Source: Mobula hypostoma (Eukaryota). From it: DNA of 64,000 nt. Positions within the stretch are counted from its first letter, which is position 1, and every line of letters begins with the position of its first letter. Positions 13,630 to 27,112 of this stretch are shown in pieces. The notes under the pieces were generated by a model, which was not told the origin of the DNA, ran no database searches, and saw only the letters and a list, made by a program, of their open reading frames with translations. The DNA is taken from the NCBI RefSeq assembly GCF_963921235.1, contig NC_086107.1:101124001-101188000 (forward strand), read 5' to 3'. The position numbers were made by a program, and so were the translations under genes.

Positions 13630-14040
13630 GTGTAGCTCGGGTAGTTGATGGTTGGTTCACTTGTTCTCCAGTCTTAGCAAAAACATTTTGTCACCATACG
13701 AGGAGACTTCATCAGTGCACTGTTCATTTGTGGTGTGTCCTCCAATTGCTTGGCTTTTATATACTTATCAATCAGTTGACTGGTCATCATTACAGAAATT
13801 CAATTGTGACATAGGGAGGGGTCTCGTCGCTGATTGGTTATGTAGTGACCTCTGCACGTTGTGGTCTGGAGTTTTGCTGGCATTGTCTTATAAAAGGGAT
13901 CGAGGTCTACACGTCTATTTACAGAATTGTTTGCGGAAAACCATGTTCCTAGGAATTCTCTTGCATGCCACGTGTTAGCTTGCGCTATGATGCCCGGTGG
14001 AATTTGTGCCCCTTGCGATCTTCATGGGTAGTGAGAGTTG
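13630..14040 (-). mobile_element. Second Penelope-like family 3' fragment with its own hammerhead remnant
   Basis: Frameshifted minus-strand translation HEDRKGHKF.. / AQANTWHAREFLGTWFSANNSVNRRVDLDPFY; downstream GCA-CUGAUGA-aGUC...GAC-AAAA-UGUU at 13718-13677. Confidence 0.7.
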
Positions 14041-14169
14041 GTCTGCAAAATCCAGCGCGGGGAGTGCAGCAAAGATGGCGTCAGCCAAGCTGGGAGTAAA
14101 CTGTTTCAACGTGGTTTCTACTCCTTCGAGACCATGCGGTTAAGAGTAATAAAGAAGGGATTCAGCAAC

Positions 14170-14420
14170 ACCCACAGTAGCGTAGCGGTTAGCTTGGGGC
14201 GTTCCAGAGTTCAGAGTTCAATTCCAGCACTGCCTGTAAGGAGTTTGTACGTTCTCCCCGTGACCATGTGGGTTTTTCCCCATGTGCTTCAGTTTCCTCC
14301 CACAGTCCAAAGATGTACTGGGTAGGCCAGTAGGTCATTGTAAATTGTCCTGTGATCAGATTTGTTGGCGCTTGTGTGGAATGGCTCGAAAGGTCTTCTC
14401 CGAGCTGGATCACTAAATAA
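14170..14420 (+). mobile_element. HE1-like tRNA-derived V-SINE (representative copy)
   Basis: A/B-box-like head and V-core gagtttgtacgttctccccgtgacc...tttcctcccacagtccaaaga. Other copies near 1850, 5090, 10800(-), 25050(-), 26000(-), 31880, 36590(-), 41270(-), 44700-45020(-), 47500(-), 57010, 58400(-) and 61600(-). Confidence 0.75.
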
Positions 14421-15083
14421 AACAAAATAGAACATAGGAATCTACAGCACACTACAGGACCTTCAGCCCACAATGTTGTGCTGACCATGTGACCTATTCT
14501 AGCAGCTGCCTAGAATTTCCTTACCACATATACCTCTATTTTTCTGAACTCTTTGCATCTCTCTAAGAGTCTCTTAAAAGACCCTATAAATAAATAAAAA
14601 TCCCTGGAGGTACTCAGCATGCCAGGAGGGAAATAAACAGATAATGTCTTGGGCTGAGATCCCTCATCAGGACTTCATCAAGAAGGGATTCAGTTGGCTG
14701 AAAAGTTTTTTTTATTTCCCTCAGTGGTGGGTTCAAGATGGAAAGAGTTGTAATATATTAAACGTCGTTCTTAGTATATTTAAGTCAGTGCTCTGTGGAA
14801 AGTGTTGTTGGGCTGCAGCCTGTGCAGACACAAAGCTGTTAGAAAGGAAGCACAGAAACTGTAACCCAGTGCTGATAAAGGAAATGCAACAGGATGTTCC
14901 ATCCTCTAAGTTTAGGTGAACTATAAATATGGCAGGTGTGGCTTGTCTCTTACCACTGACTCAGTACTCCCTGGCTCCTGATGAACTTCAGGGAATTAAT
15001 CATGATCGTGATTGCGTGTGGCTTGAAATAAAGCACCAGAGACGTGTTAAAGGAGACGTATCTTGGTGTTGTTCAGGGCCCTG

Positions 15084-15181
15084 GGTTGTGATAATCTGTA
15101 GCAGACTGGGCCCAAGGTTGTGATAATCTGTAGCAGACTAGGCCCAAGGTTGTGAGAATCTGTAGCAGACTAGGCCCAAGG
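15084..15181. repeat. 32-bp tandem repeat, 3 copies
   Basis: GGTTGTGATAATCTGTAGCAGACT(G/A)GGCCCAA at 15084, 15116 and 15148. Confidence 0.9.
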
Positions 15182-16379
15182 CATCGTACACAGTAGGATA
15201 GCCTTAGTGATGGAACAAATGCACTATGGTCTTTGTAGGAGAAGTTCCTGCCATTGTGGAGTGTGAAGATCACAGAAAAAACACACTGAAGAATTGATGG
15301 AGGATAGGGTGCAGGTGGTTGAGAGGAGAAGTGGGGATGTATTGTGTTTATGGAATCTGTGCCCATTTAGAATTAATTTTCCTATTCTTCCGGTATTCCC
15401 ATCAACATCCCCAACACCCCCTCTCGCCCCATGTAACCCTGCAGTCGGGGCAGTTTACCAAGGGCAATTAACTTACTGACCTATATAGGAAGCAACCAGA
15501 GGAGACCCATGCAAGTACAGGGACGACGTGTAAACCCCGCAGTGACATGTCTCACTTTTTAGCTGTTGTGCCTGCTCTGCAGGCATCCCTGGAGGTCAAG
15601 TCATCTCAGGTCTCAGCTCCCTTCCCCAGGGTCTTTCCAAGATCTTCAGCAGATCTCCACAATGCCTCCTGAGCCGTTGCCCACCACACTTCAGGCAGGT
15701 CGCCCAGGTGAAGGAATGGTTTCAGTGACAGTAAAACTTTGTAAGCTGCTGTCTGGTTGTTGGGACATCTGGCTCATCACCGTCCCATTTCCCACACACT
15801 CTTTAAACACACCAAGGTCCAGTCTCCCCCCACCCGCCGTCAATTCACCAAGGCCCCATTTCACGCATCCCTGTTCATTATAATGTAACTTATTATATGT
15901 TGTGTTTTAAAAAAATTAAATGAATGTATTGGGGTATGAGTAGGAATTGTATCAATAGTTCAGTAAACCTTCCAGTCCATCATTACCAAAGTCCAGATGG
16001 GGTTGGATTATTGAAGTGTTATGATAAATTAATTCCAGTGGGGAACAGACAGCATCTTTGCTGCCTCGCCTCTGACTGCCCTCTTGCACACAAGGATTCC
16101 CTCAAATTCCCCTCAACAGGAAGGCTCTTCACTACCTCGATGTTCAGGTGGTTGTCCATCAGGTTGTTGGGACAGTGTTTCCAGGAGACACATGTGGGAA
16201 TTTTAGTCTCAGGGAGAGTGCGCCGTCGGACGTTTTCAGGAGCTGCCTCATTGTGGAGGGTGGCGGGGGATGAGAGCTGCCCTCTACACCCCCGTGTGTC
16301 CAACCACAGCAGCTGGCCACTGACCTAAGAGCAACACAGTGGCGGGCTGGTTGTGCTTAGCACTGTGGATCTTTGGAAA

Positions 16380-17900
16380 GTTCAAAGTTTAAAATTCAAA
16401 GTAAAATTTGCTATCAGAGGACGTACATGTCACCACATTCAACCCTGAGATTCTTTTCCAGTGGGCAGTCTTAGCAAATCTATAGAACAGTAACCTTAAA
16501 CGGGATCAATGAACTGTGCAAATGCAAATATAAATAAATAGCAATAAATAACAAGTACGAAATAACAAGATAAAGAGTCTTTAAAGTGAGACCGTCAGTT
16601 GTTAGAACATCAGAAGTAGAATGAGTATAGTTCTCCCTTTTGTTCGAGAGCCTGATGGTTGAGGGGTAGTAACTGTTCTTGAACCTGGTGGTGTGAGTCC
16701 TGAGGCTCCTGTACCTTCTACCTGATGGCAGCAGCGAGAAGAGAGCATGACTTGGGTGGTGAGGATCTTTGATGATGGATGCTGCTTTTCTACTGCAACA
16801 TTTCATGTAGATGTGCTCAATGGTTGGGAGGGTTTTACCCATGATGTACTGGGCCAAATCCACTACCTTTTGTAGGATTTTCAGCTCAAAGGCATTGGTG
16901 TTCCTGTATCAGGCCGTAACACAGCCGGTCAGCACACTTTCCACCACACATCTAGAGAAGTTTGCCAAGATTTTTGATGACATTCCAAACCTCTGCAGAC
17001 TCCTGAGGAAGTAGAGGTGCTGTCGTGCTTTCTTTGCGATTATATTTATATGATGGGTCCAGGACAGATCCTCTGAGATAGTGACACCCAGGAATTTAAA
17101 GTTACTGACCCTCTCCACCTCTGATCCTCCAATGAGTACTGGCTCATGAACCTCTAGTTTACCTCTCCTGAAGTCTACAATCAGTTCCTTGGTCTTGCTA
17201 AGCACACAGCTCTGTGGAGCCCCTGTGTTGATGGAGATCGTGGAGGAGGTGTTTTTGCCAATCTGAACTGACTGGGGTCTACAAGTGAGGAAAACCAGGA
17301 TCCAATTGCACAAGGGCATATTGAGGCCCAGGTCTTGGAGTTTACTGATTAGTTTTGAGGGATGATGGTGTTAAATGCCGAGCTGTAATCGATAAAGAGC
17401 ATTCTGATGTATGCATCTTGATTGTCCAGATGTTCTAGGGTTGTGTGAAAAGCCAATGAGATAGCATCTGCTGTAGACCTGTTGCTTTGGTAGGCAAATT
17501 GGAGCAGATCCAAGTCACTATTCAGACAGGAGGTGATAAGCTTCAACACCAGCCTCTCAAAACACTTCATCACTGTGGATGTGAGTACCACTGGGCGGTA
17601 GTCATTTAGACAGGTTACCACACTCTTCCTGGATACCGGTACGATTGAAGCCTACTTGAAGCAGATGGGTACCACACACTGCTGGAGTGAGGGATTGAAG
17701 ATATCCGTGATCAGCACAAGTCTTCAGTACTCAGCCAGGTACTCTGTCCGGACTGGATGCTTTCCTTGGATTCACTCTCTTGAAGGCAACCTTCACGTCA
17801 TCTTCAGATACTGAGACCAAAGGATCATCAGGAGACATGGGGTGCGCGATGGTCTCTCCTTATTGTGGTGGTCAAAGCGAGTATAGAAAGCATTGTGCTT
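16380..17900 (-). mobile_element. Rex1/Babar-type LINE, decayed RT with internal deletion
   Basis: [61 protein letters not shown]; the FADD region is lost at the CVLS|KTKEL junction near 17200. Confidence 0.85.
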
Positions 17901-18023
17901 TTCTCAGTTCAGGAAGAGGCGATTCCAGCATCTGCTTCAGTCCAGGGGAGCCTTGCTGGGCACACTACTGAACAGCTGCATTGTGGTGCTGTCTAACCAA
18001 AGTTCAAAGTACATTTGAACCTA

Positions 18024-19551
18024 CAGTACTGTGCAAAAGTCTTAGGCGCATTTAATAAAACATTCTGTAAAGCAAAGATACTTTCAAAAATAACAAAAAG
18101 TTTCTAAATATCAAAAAAATCACCAGAAGCAGCAGTAAACAGTAAAAAATTAAATCAAATCAATATTTGGTGTGGCCATCCTTTGCCTTTCAAATTGCAT
18201 CAATTCTCTGAGGTACACTGTCGTGCAGTTTTATAAGAAAATCGGCTGGTTGCTGTTCCTAGCATCTTGGAGAACTTGCAACAATTTTTCTGAAGACTTT
18301 AGCTTTCTCACTTGCTTTGTCTCTCCAAGAAATTCCAGACAGCTTTGATGATGTTGAGGTCAGGGCTCCGTGGAGGCCAAACCATCTGTTGAAGAACTCC
18401 TTTGTCCTGAGGGTAGTTCTTTATGACTTTGGCCGTGTTTGGGGTCATTGTCCTGATTCAGAATTAAGTTGGGACTAGTCAGACGTATCGCATGATGGAT
18501 GAGAACCTGCTTGTACTTCCCGGCATTGAGGATTCCGGTAATTCTGACCAGATCACCAACTCCATTTACAGAAATGCAGCCCCAAACTTTCAGGGAACCT
18601 CCATTGTGCTTCACTGTTGGCTACAGACACTCACTCCACAGCTCTTCTACAGACAAATTGTCTCCTGTTTGAGCCAAAAATTTCAAATTGTGACTGATCA
18701 ATCCGGAGCTGTTGCTGCCATCGTCCAGCACCCAGTCCATGTGTTTTTGTGCACAGGTGAGTCTCCTGGCTTTGTTTCCACTTTGGAGGAATCGCTTTTT
18801 GGCATCGACTCTCCCATAAAGACCACTTCTGACAAGACTGCTCTGGACTGAAGACGAATGTATTTGAGTCCCAGTGGTTTCTGTGAGTTCAGAACTGAAC
18901 TTCTTCCGACTTTAGAAGGGAAGTCAGTTTGATGTATCTCTCGTCTGCTACACTCAGATTCCGTGGCCGACCGCTGTGTTTCTGGTCCTCAGTCTTGCCC
19001 GTTTCTTTGTGCTTCTCCAGAAGAGCTTGGACAGCACATCTTGAAACTCTTGTCTGCAGGAAATTTCTGCTGGGAGAGAACTTGTTGATGCAGGATGCCC
19101 ACCTTGTGTCTTGCACTCACTCTTGCCATGGTGCAAGAACTGATGATTGGAAGGTTAAACCGTCACATCTGCCACACCTTCACCTTTTAGTTTGGTTGTC
19201 CTTCACCCAGTTTGGCTCTTTCTACACCCATTTCTGTTTCAGATAATCGGTTTAGTTCATTCAGCTTACCATGTCATTGATCATTAGCACCTGTTTGTTA
19301 TCTTTGTTCAAAGACCTACAAAGGAATCAAGTTTTTATTTGAAAAGTGGTCTATTACTTAATATATTACTTTCTTTAATGAAGTACAAAAAATTCTCTGT
19401 AACATTTAACTTTTTGGAAAATGGTTGTTTGAAAATCTAAAATTTGCTTTTTTCTGCTGACACACTAATGCAGAAGACAGAAAAAAGATAACCATCTAAA
19501 ACAAAATTTATAGAAAAAATCTAGGATGCCTGAGACTTTTGCACAGTGCTA
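18024..19551 (-). mobile_element. Near full-length decayed Tc1 transposon (DD34E-type transposase pseudogene)
   Basis: 24-bp TIRs CAGTACTGTGCAAAAGTCTTAGGC / GCCTGAGACTTTTGCACAGTGCTA, TA at left. Remnants SGRPR, KHNGGSLKVWGC, QDNDPKH, WPPRSPDLNII with frameshifts. Confidence 0.92.
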
Positions 19552-21420
19552 TTTATGTCACAGTATGCAACCCCAAGGTTCGTTTTCTGTGGGTGTACTG
19601 AGTAAGTCCAAGAAACACAATAGAATCGATGAAAGACCGCGCCCAGCAGGATAGAGAAGCAACCAACATGCAAAAGACATCAAACTGTGCAAATACAAAG
19701 TAGAAAAATAATAATGATATTTATTGCTTATTTATTTATTGAGAACAGGAGATGAAAAGTTCTTGGAGTTCATTGATGGGGTGAGTGAAGTTACCCTCTC
19801 TATAATAACCATTCCTGGACCTGGTGGTGTAGGTCCTTGAGGCTCCTGTTCCTCCTTCCTGATGGCAGCAACGAGAAAAAAGCATGGCCTGGATGGTGGA
19901 GGTCCTCGATGATGGATGCTGCTTTCCTAGGAGGGTGCTCCGTGTAGATGTGCTCAGTGGTGGGAAGGGTTTGATGGACTGGGTTGTATTGACTACTTTT
20001 GTAGGATTTTCCATTGAAGGGCATTGGTGTCTCCATTCCAGGCTGTGATACAGCCAGTCGGTATACTCTCCACCGCACATCTATAGAAGTTTGTCAAAGT
20101 TTTAGATGTCATGCCGATTTTCGCAAAGTTCCATGGAAGTAGAGGGGCTGCCGTGCTTTCTTCATAACTGCACTTACTTGCTGGACAGATTCTCTGAAGT
20201 GACAACACCGAAGTATTTAAAGTTGCTGACCCTCTCCACCTCTGATTCCCCTGATGAAGACTGTCTCACCGACTTCCGGTTTCCTCCTCCTGAAATCATT
20301 AATCAGCTCCTTGGTCTCGCTGACACCGAGTGAGAGGCACCACTCAGCCAGATTTTCAATCCCCCTCCTATTTGCTGATTCATCACCACCTCTGATTCAG
20401 ATTAGGACAGTGGTGTTGTCAGCAAACTTAAATATGGTAGCAGAGCTGTGCTTAGCCTCGCAGTCATAGCTATAACGTGAGTAGAGCAGGGGGCTAGGCA
20501 CACAGCCTTGTGGTGCAACTGTGCAGACGGAAAGTGTGGAGGTGTTGTTGCCAGTCTGAACTGACTGGGGTCTGCAAGTGAGGAAATCAAGGATCCAATT
20601 GCACAAGGAGTTATTGAGGCCAAGGTCTTGAAGCTTATTGATTAGTTTTAAAGGGATGATAGTATTGAATGTTGAGCTGTAATTGATAAATAGCATCCTA
20701 CTGTATGCATCTTGCGACATGTTAAAGATCACAGTGAACACTCCAACCATTTGATTGACACAGGTCTTTAGTACTTGGCCAGGTACATGGTGTGGGCTGG
20801 ATGCCTTCCATGGATTCACCCTCCTGAAGGTTGTTCTGAAGTTGGCCGCAGAGACTGAAATCACAGGGTGATTGGAGGCTGTGGAGATTAGTGAAGGTTC
20901 CTACATATTTTGATGGTCAACGTGAGCATAGAAGGCATTGAGCTGATCAGGGAGTGAAGCCTTGTCATCACCTATGTTGTTTGGTTTCACTTTGTAAAAG
21001 GTAATAGCATTCGAGCCCTGCCACAGCTGTCAAGCATCCTTCAGTGTTTCAGGTTTGGTGCTGAATTGCCACTTCCTCTTACTTTTTACTTGGACGCCAG
21101 ACCTAAATGCCACTGATCTGACCCTCAGCACATTGTGCATCTCACCGTTCATCTTGGGCTTGTGGTTGGGGAAGACCCTGAATGATTTTGTGGGAACACA
21201 CTCATCTGCAACTGTTTTTATAAAGTCCGTGACAACTGTGATGTATTCATTCAGATCCTCTGATGTATACTTTAACACGGCCCAGTCCACCAATTCAAAG
21301 CAATGTGTAGCCGCTCCACTGCCTCCTGTGACCAGTTCTCTGTTTTACTTTCCTCTGAAGCGAACCTCATTGGCCTCTGCCTGTGTGCGGGTAGGAGAAG
21401 GACAGCCAAATGATCAGATC
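19552..21420 (-). mobile_element. Rex1/Babar-type LINE; its 3' tail is interrupted by the Tc1 element
   Basis: RT motifs PQGCVPSPLLYS and FKFADNTT, endonuclease end SDHLAVLLLP near 21390-21420; the tail continues at about 17998-18020. Confidence 0.85.
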
Positions 21421-21421
21421 A

Positions 21422-21764
21422 GCCTGTGTCTGACGGTGACAGGTACAACATCCCCGTCTGCCTGTGACTCACAGTGACAGGTACAACATCCCCATCTGCC
21501 TGTGACTCACAGTGACAGGTACAACATCCCCATCTGCCTGTGACTCACAGTGACAGGTACAACATCCCCATCTGCCTGTGACTCACAGTGACAGGTACAA
21601 CATCCCCATCTGCCTGTGTCTCACAGTGACAGGTACAACATCCCCATCTGCCTGTGACTCACAGTGACAGGTACAACATCCCCATCTGCCTGTGTCTCAG
21701 TGACAGATACAACATCCCTGTCTGCCTGTGTCTCACAGTGACAGGTACAACATCCCCGTCTGCC
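21422..21764. repeat. Minisatellite, about 9 copies of a 38-bp unit
   Basis: Unit GTGACAGGTACAACATCCCCATCTGCCTGTGACTCACA. Confidence 0.95.
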
Positions 21765-23000
21765 AGTTGATTGGGGAAGCAAGCTGTTAAAAACACAGGC
21801 AACGAGGAGCTCCGCACAGACACTGTTTGTAAAGATCTTGCAAGGGTTCCCCAGTGTGGACAAAAGTGACCCCTCCCCACAACCCTTCGCATCACCGGAG
21901 CTGACAAGGGACCTGCCAAGCGGGTCCAGATGGCCAATAATCCCCTCCCCAACCCACCTTCCAATATATGAGCACCTGCACTGATGGTAGCATGTGAATG
22001 AATCTCCAGTCCCCCTACTGAGGCGTCTCACCCCAGCTGATGTTGTGAGGGTGTGAGGTTAGTGTCTGAATGAGTGAGTATTGACTCAGCTGGAGGTCAT
22101 ATCTGTGGCCACGTTCAGCCAGGGTCTTCCTGGGATAGGAGGGATGGTTCCCCGGCCCATTGGGACCTTAATGAGTCACTCACTCCATGGACCCCCTGTT
22201 CTGCTCCTCCCACAGCCCCTGACTCCAGTGCAGCCAAGCTGTGTGTTGTGGGTGAATACCTGCTGAGGGGACTGTGCCTTTAAGAGCTGAGATCCTTCTC
22301 GGGTCAGTGGACAGCAAGGTGTTGGAATTTTCCCTCAGTGTATCCCGTCTGGCCAACAACTGTGTCAGCTGCTTTGTTCTGCCTGGCTCCAGCTGCAGCC
22401 GTCTTTATGCAAATTCCACTAGACTTTGCCCAGTCGCGAATGCACTGACAATCAGTGCTGGAGGATCATTTCTGGGAGTCGTGTTTTAATGACGTAAAGC
22501 CACTGAGAGTTGGCTGCTCCCCTACATGGAGGACCCTTTACCCGGCTCCTGAGAGTTGCCTTGTCAACAGAGTGGTCTTGAGCTTGCAGCCTCCAGAGGG
22601 AACACACACAAAATGCTGGAGGAACTCAGCAGGCCAGGCAGGTGAGGCGAGGGCCTATGTCAGTCAGAGTTGACCATGGAGTGTCCTGGCAGTCTAGATA
22701 CCCAAACCTGGGCAGTACGTTACGGAGAGCAAGCTGTTGCCCATGTCACGAGCTCCCCCTCTCCACGCATCTGATGAACCTAAAGGAACTGCAGAGACCT
22801 TTCAGAAGAGCAACTGTGAAGGTCTCCTGTCCTCCTGGTGTCTTGACCTCCGAAGGTAAAGGATGCTGAGTCTGAGGAAGATGGATTCTTGCTGAACGAA
22901 AGGTTACTACAGGGTAGACAGGAATGTAGAGCCCTTGCTGCACTCACATCAGCCCCGACTTTATGGGATGGCGGAGTAAACTCAAAGGGCCTAGTTGCAT

Positions 23001-23220
23001 CACACACAAAATGCTGGAGGAACTTAGCAGGTCAGGCAGCATTGATGGCAAAGAGTGACGAGTGGACGTTTGGGGCCGAGACCCTCCCTCAGGACTCCTC
23101 TTTGGGTCTTGGCCCAAGACACTGACTGTTCAGTTTTTACCCCAGAGTTGCTACCTGAGTTCCTCCAGTATTTTGTGTGTGTTGCTTTGGAGCTCCAGCA
23201 TCTGCAGATCTTCTCGTGTT
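23001..23220. mobile_element. Older fold-back PLE terminal-repeat pair
   Basis: cacacaaaatgctggaggaac... then inverted ...gttcctccagtattttgtgtgtg...ctgcagatcttctcgtg. Confidence 0.75.
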
Positions 23221-26200
23221 TATGGGCCTTGTGGCTCCCAGTTTGAATGTTTCTGTACACAGTATCCCTCAATTAACTTTAATAACAAAGTTTCTGTTGG
23301 AGACAGAATGCTTTCTATAGTGAATCGATTAAAAAGTGTTATGAGTCGAGGGCGACATACTGAATGTCTTTAGCCTCCTGAGTAAGTAGAAGCAGTGGGG
23401 AGCTTTCTTGGCCGTTACATCATTGTGATTGGACCATGACAGGCTAATGATGATGCTCACCTCTAGGAACTTGCCAGACTTGGGCAACTGGGACTAGCTT
23501 AGATGGGAATCTTGGTCAACACAGAACAGTTGGTCTGAAGGGCCTGTTTCTGTAGAACTGTATGACTCTATGATGGTGAACTTCTGGTCCCCACGTTTGA
23601 TATGTTTTCGTGCATTGTCTGAATGCGGGCAAGATCAGCGTTTACTCTCTATCTCTGACTATGGAGATCGGTCTCCATAGTCTATTTGGAGAAGGTGCTC
23701 CCACTATCATTGCCACATTGGTGTGTCATGGATCGCTGCCCCGTGTGATGGGCAAGCAGTAGTATGGTGCGAGACTTGGAGTGGTCACTTTGGTGCCAAT
23801 ATTCCATGAAGCTGCATCTCTTTTTAGCTGGAAAGATTGTGCAATGAAAGGAGGTTGATGTTGATTCAGATTCAGATTTATTTATCACATCAGCACATAG
23901 AGTGACGTGTGTCATTTGTGTTAACAAGCAACACACCCAAGGATATGCTGGGGGCAGCCCACAAGCGTGCCACACATTCCGGCACCGACATAGCACGCCC
24001 ACTGTGTTCGGCAGAGCCACGCAGAGCCCCACAAGACAGGGCAAACTTAGCAGCAAAGCAGCAACAGAAGAACGAGTCGCGCTCCTACTGCAAGCATACA
24101 CAGTCCTCTAACCCCAAGGCAGCCCCCAGTGGGCTCGTGGATTCGCAGGCATTGAGATTCAACTTCCCCAACGGACTTGCAGAGATTTGAAGACTCGCAG
24201 CTCCAGCCATTGCAACTTGACTTCTGGTCCTCCTATCAACCTTCGTGCTTTGATCAGGACTTCTGATTGACCTTTGGGCTACACTGGTGTTGGGATGTCC
24301 AGAGTCATGACCTTGTGTGGGCGACAGATAAAGGAAAGGAAACAGTATTTCCATGGGACATCTTTGAGAAAAGCCCTTTAACAACGCATTGTCTTTATAG
24401 TTGACGATCTTGCGTTAGTCCCACCATCGCTAACAATCAGCACTATAGGAATGACAGCAAACTAGTACGCCCAGACTTCATTTTCCATTTGATTTGTTGG
24501 GTGTTCCATTCAGTTTAAAGGAGATCTCAATTGTACTGTGAATATGTACCACACCCATTGTGTGGGAATATACCCACAGTCAAGAGAAACTCCCCGAGAA
24601 CACACCTGCAAAGAAGTGTGAGGACAATGCTTCGCTTGCTCAGGTGAAAAGGTTTTTGGTGGGCTGAAGATTTCACATTGGAGTTTAGCTTCACTGAAAA
24701 AAAATCACCTGCAGTACATGGTTTGTGGTTATTTTGTACGTCAGTGTAACACTTTCTAGGAATTAAGAGGTAACACTTGGGGAACATTCTGTTAATTTCT
24801 GCAAAGCTATTCCTGAATCTTCCACCGACCCAAGTGCATCTAAATATTCTGGGAATAATGAGAAGGTGATCCGAGCATATTGTGTATGAAGTTGGATAAG
24901 AGTCCAGGATTCCCATGCGTAAAAGAGCAGAGGAAGACCGATTTTTACATTTTATTTTATTGAGATACAATGGGGAATAGGTCCTTCTGATCCTTTGAGC
25001 TGCTCCGCCCAACGGTCCCCCAATTTAATCCCGAGACAATTAACAATGACCAATTAACTGGAGCACCCAGAGGAAACCCACACGGCCACGGGAAGAACGC
25101 AGAAACTCCTTCAAGGTAGCGGCGGGAATTGAACCCCGGTCGCAGGTACTGTAAAGCGTTGTGTTAACCGCTACGCTACCATGCCGCCCAATCCCAGACC
25201 GATCTCCCAGATCCTGAAAGTCACTCATTCGGAGTTTCGACAGGTCCAAGGTAGTGGGTAGAGGCTTCATCGCAACCGGCAGCAGCAAGTAGTTGGCCTA
25301 ACAGAGGCAAGATTATCTGAAGTTATTGAGATCAGACCCTCCCTGCTCAGGAGATAACCTTTCCCTTCTCAAGCAAGGGGAGTTAGTTGGAGTCATAGCC
25401 TAGACCAGAACAGACTTGCTAGTGGCAGGTCGGAGCCTGGCCACCCATTACTCTGTCAAGATGTGTCCTGGATTGGAGGCCTCTAGCTCCGAGGAGAGAT
25501 CAGGCCGGCAGGGCCTCCTCAGGTGAAGGAGATTGAATGGCAATCCGATAGACGTGTACTGTTTAACACTGTGAAAGACTTAGATAGGGTAGTTAGTTAA
25601 TATCTTGTTCCATGGCAGGGGTGACAAAAACAAGGTGCAGTTTAAACTGAGAGAAAAGAATTTGAAAGAGTATTGGAGGAGTAAGGCTTTTACACAGAGA
25701 GTAGTTGAAATCTAGAACATTCTGCCAGAGGAAGTGGTGGAGTCAGATACAATCAGTATATTTAAAAGGAATTAAGAAGATACTTGAGTAGGCAAGGCTT
25801 GAAAGATACGGTCCTAAAGTGGGCAAATAGGATTGTGTAGATGACCAAAAACATCAGCATGATTTCAGGAGTTAGATGGGCTGAAGGGCCTATATTTGTG
25901 TGTGTTTATTTATTGAGACACAGCGTGGAACAGGGCCTTCCGGCCCTTTGAGCCGTGCTACCCAGCAATCTCTTGATTTAATCTTAGTCTAATCACGGGA
26001 CAATTTACAACGACCAATCAACCTGCCAACCTGTACATTTCTGGACTTGTGGGAGGGAATCGGAGTACCCAGAGGAAACCCGCGCGGTCACGGGGAGTAT
26101 GTACAAATTCCTTATAAGCAGTGGTGGGAATTGAACCCGGGTCACTTGTACTGTAAAGCATTGTGCTGTCCACTAGGCCTCCGTGCCACCCCAATTTGTA

Positions 26201-26539
26201 CCACTCAATCAGACCCACAGATTCCACTTTGATGGTAAATGCTCAGGAGCAGACCTTTCTAGCCTCCTCTTATCATTCAATACGTCCATGTCAGATCTTC
26301 CATTTTAATGCCACATTCTCACTCTCTGCACAGACCCTTTGGTGCCTTCTGTGTTTAGAAACTTGTCTTCCCCCTCCTTGAAAATTTAGTGTCCTGACTT
26401 CGGCCACCCCCTGTGGGCGAGGCAGGTTTGTAATTAAAGCTCACCCACTGGCTCACCCCATCTGAGTGAAGAAATGGTGCCACGTCCCAGTACTCACTGT
26501 CCTTCCCTGTATCTCAATAACTCTGCCTGTTAAATCTGC

Positions 26540-27112
26540 TGAGGCTTTATAGGGCATCAATCAAGACTGCACTTGGAGTATTGTGAGCAGTTTTGGATGT
26601 TTTATCCAAGAAAAAGGGCGTGCTGGCATTGGGAGGAGGTTCATGAGAATGATCCCAGAAATGAAACAGTTAACATATGAAGAGCGTTTGAAGGCCCTGG
26701 CCCTGTGCTCACTGGAGTTTAAAAGAATGTGGGGAGATTTCATTGAAACCTATCAAATATTGAAAGGTCTGGATAGAGTTTCATGGAGTGGATGTTTCCT
26801 AGAACAGCAGAGTCTAGAATCAGAGGGCACAGCTTCAGAATGCAAGGACACCCCTTTAGAACAGAGATGAGGAAGAATTTCTTAAACCAGGGGATGGTGG
26901 ATCTGTGGAATTCAATGCCACAGATGGCTGTGGAGGCCAAGTCATGTGGTATATTTAAAGCGGTGTTTGGTAAGCTCTGGATCAGTCAGGGCGTCAAAGT
27001 TATGAAGAGAAGGCAGAGGAATGGGGTTGAGAGGGATAATAAATCAGCCATGATCGAATAGCAGAGCAGACTCAATGGGCCAAATGGCCTAATTCTGCTC
27101 CTACGTTTTATG
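26540..27112 (+). mobile_element. CR1-type LINE 3' fragment
   Basis: YEERLKALALCSLEFKRMWGDFIETY, RGHSFRMQG...FLNQGMVDLWNSMP. Confidence 0.8.

Noticed and set aside
21422..21764. CRISPR-like array or V(D)J recombination signals (CACAGTG heptamer in most units)
   Set aside because: Units are contiguous with no unique spacers and no cas genes; no ACAAAAACC-like nonamer at 12 or 23 nt from the heptamers.
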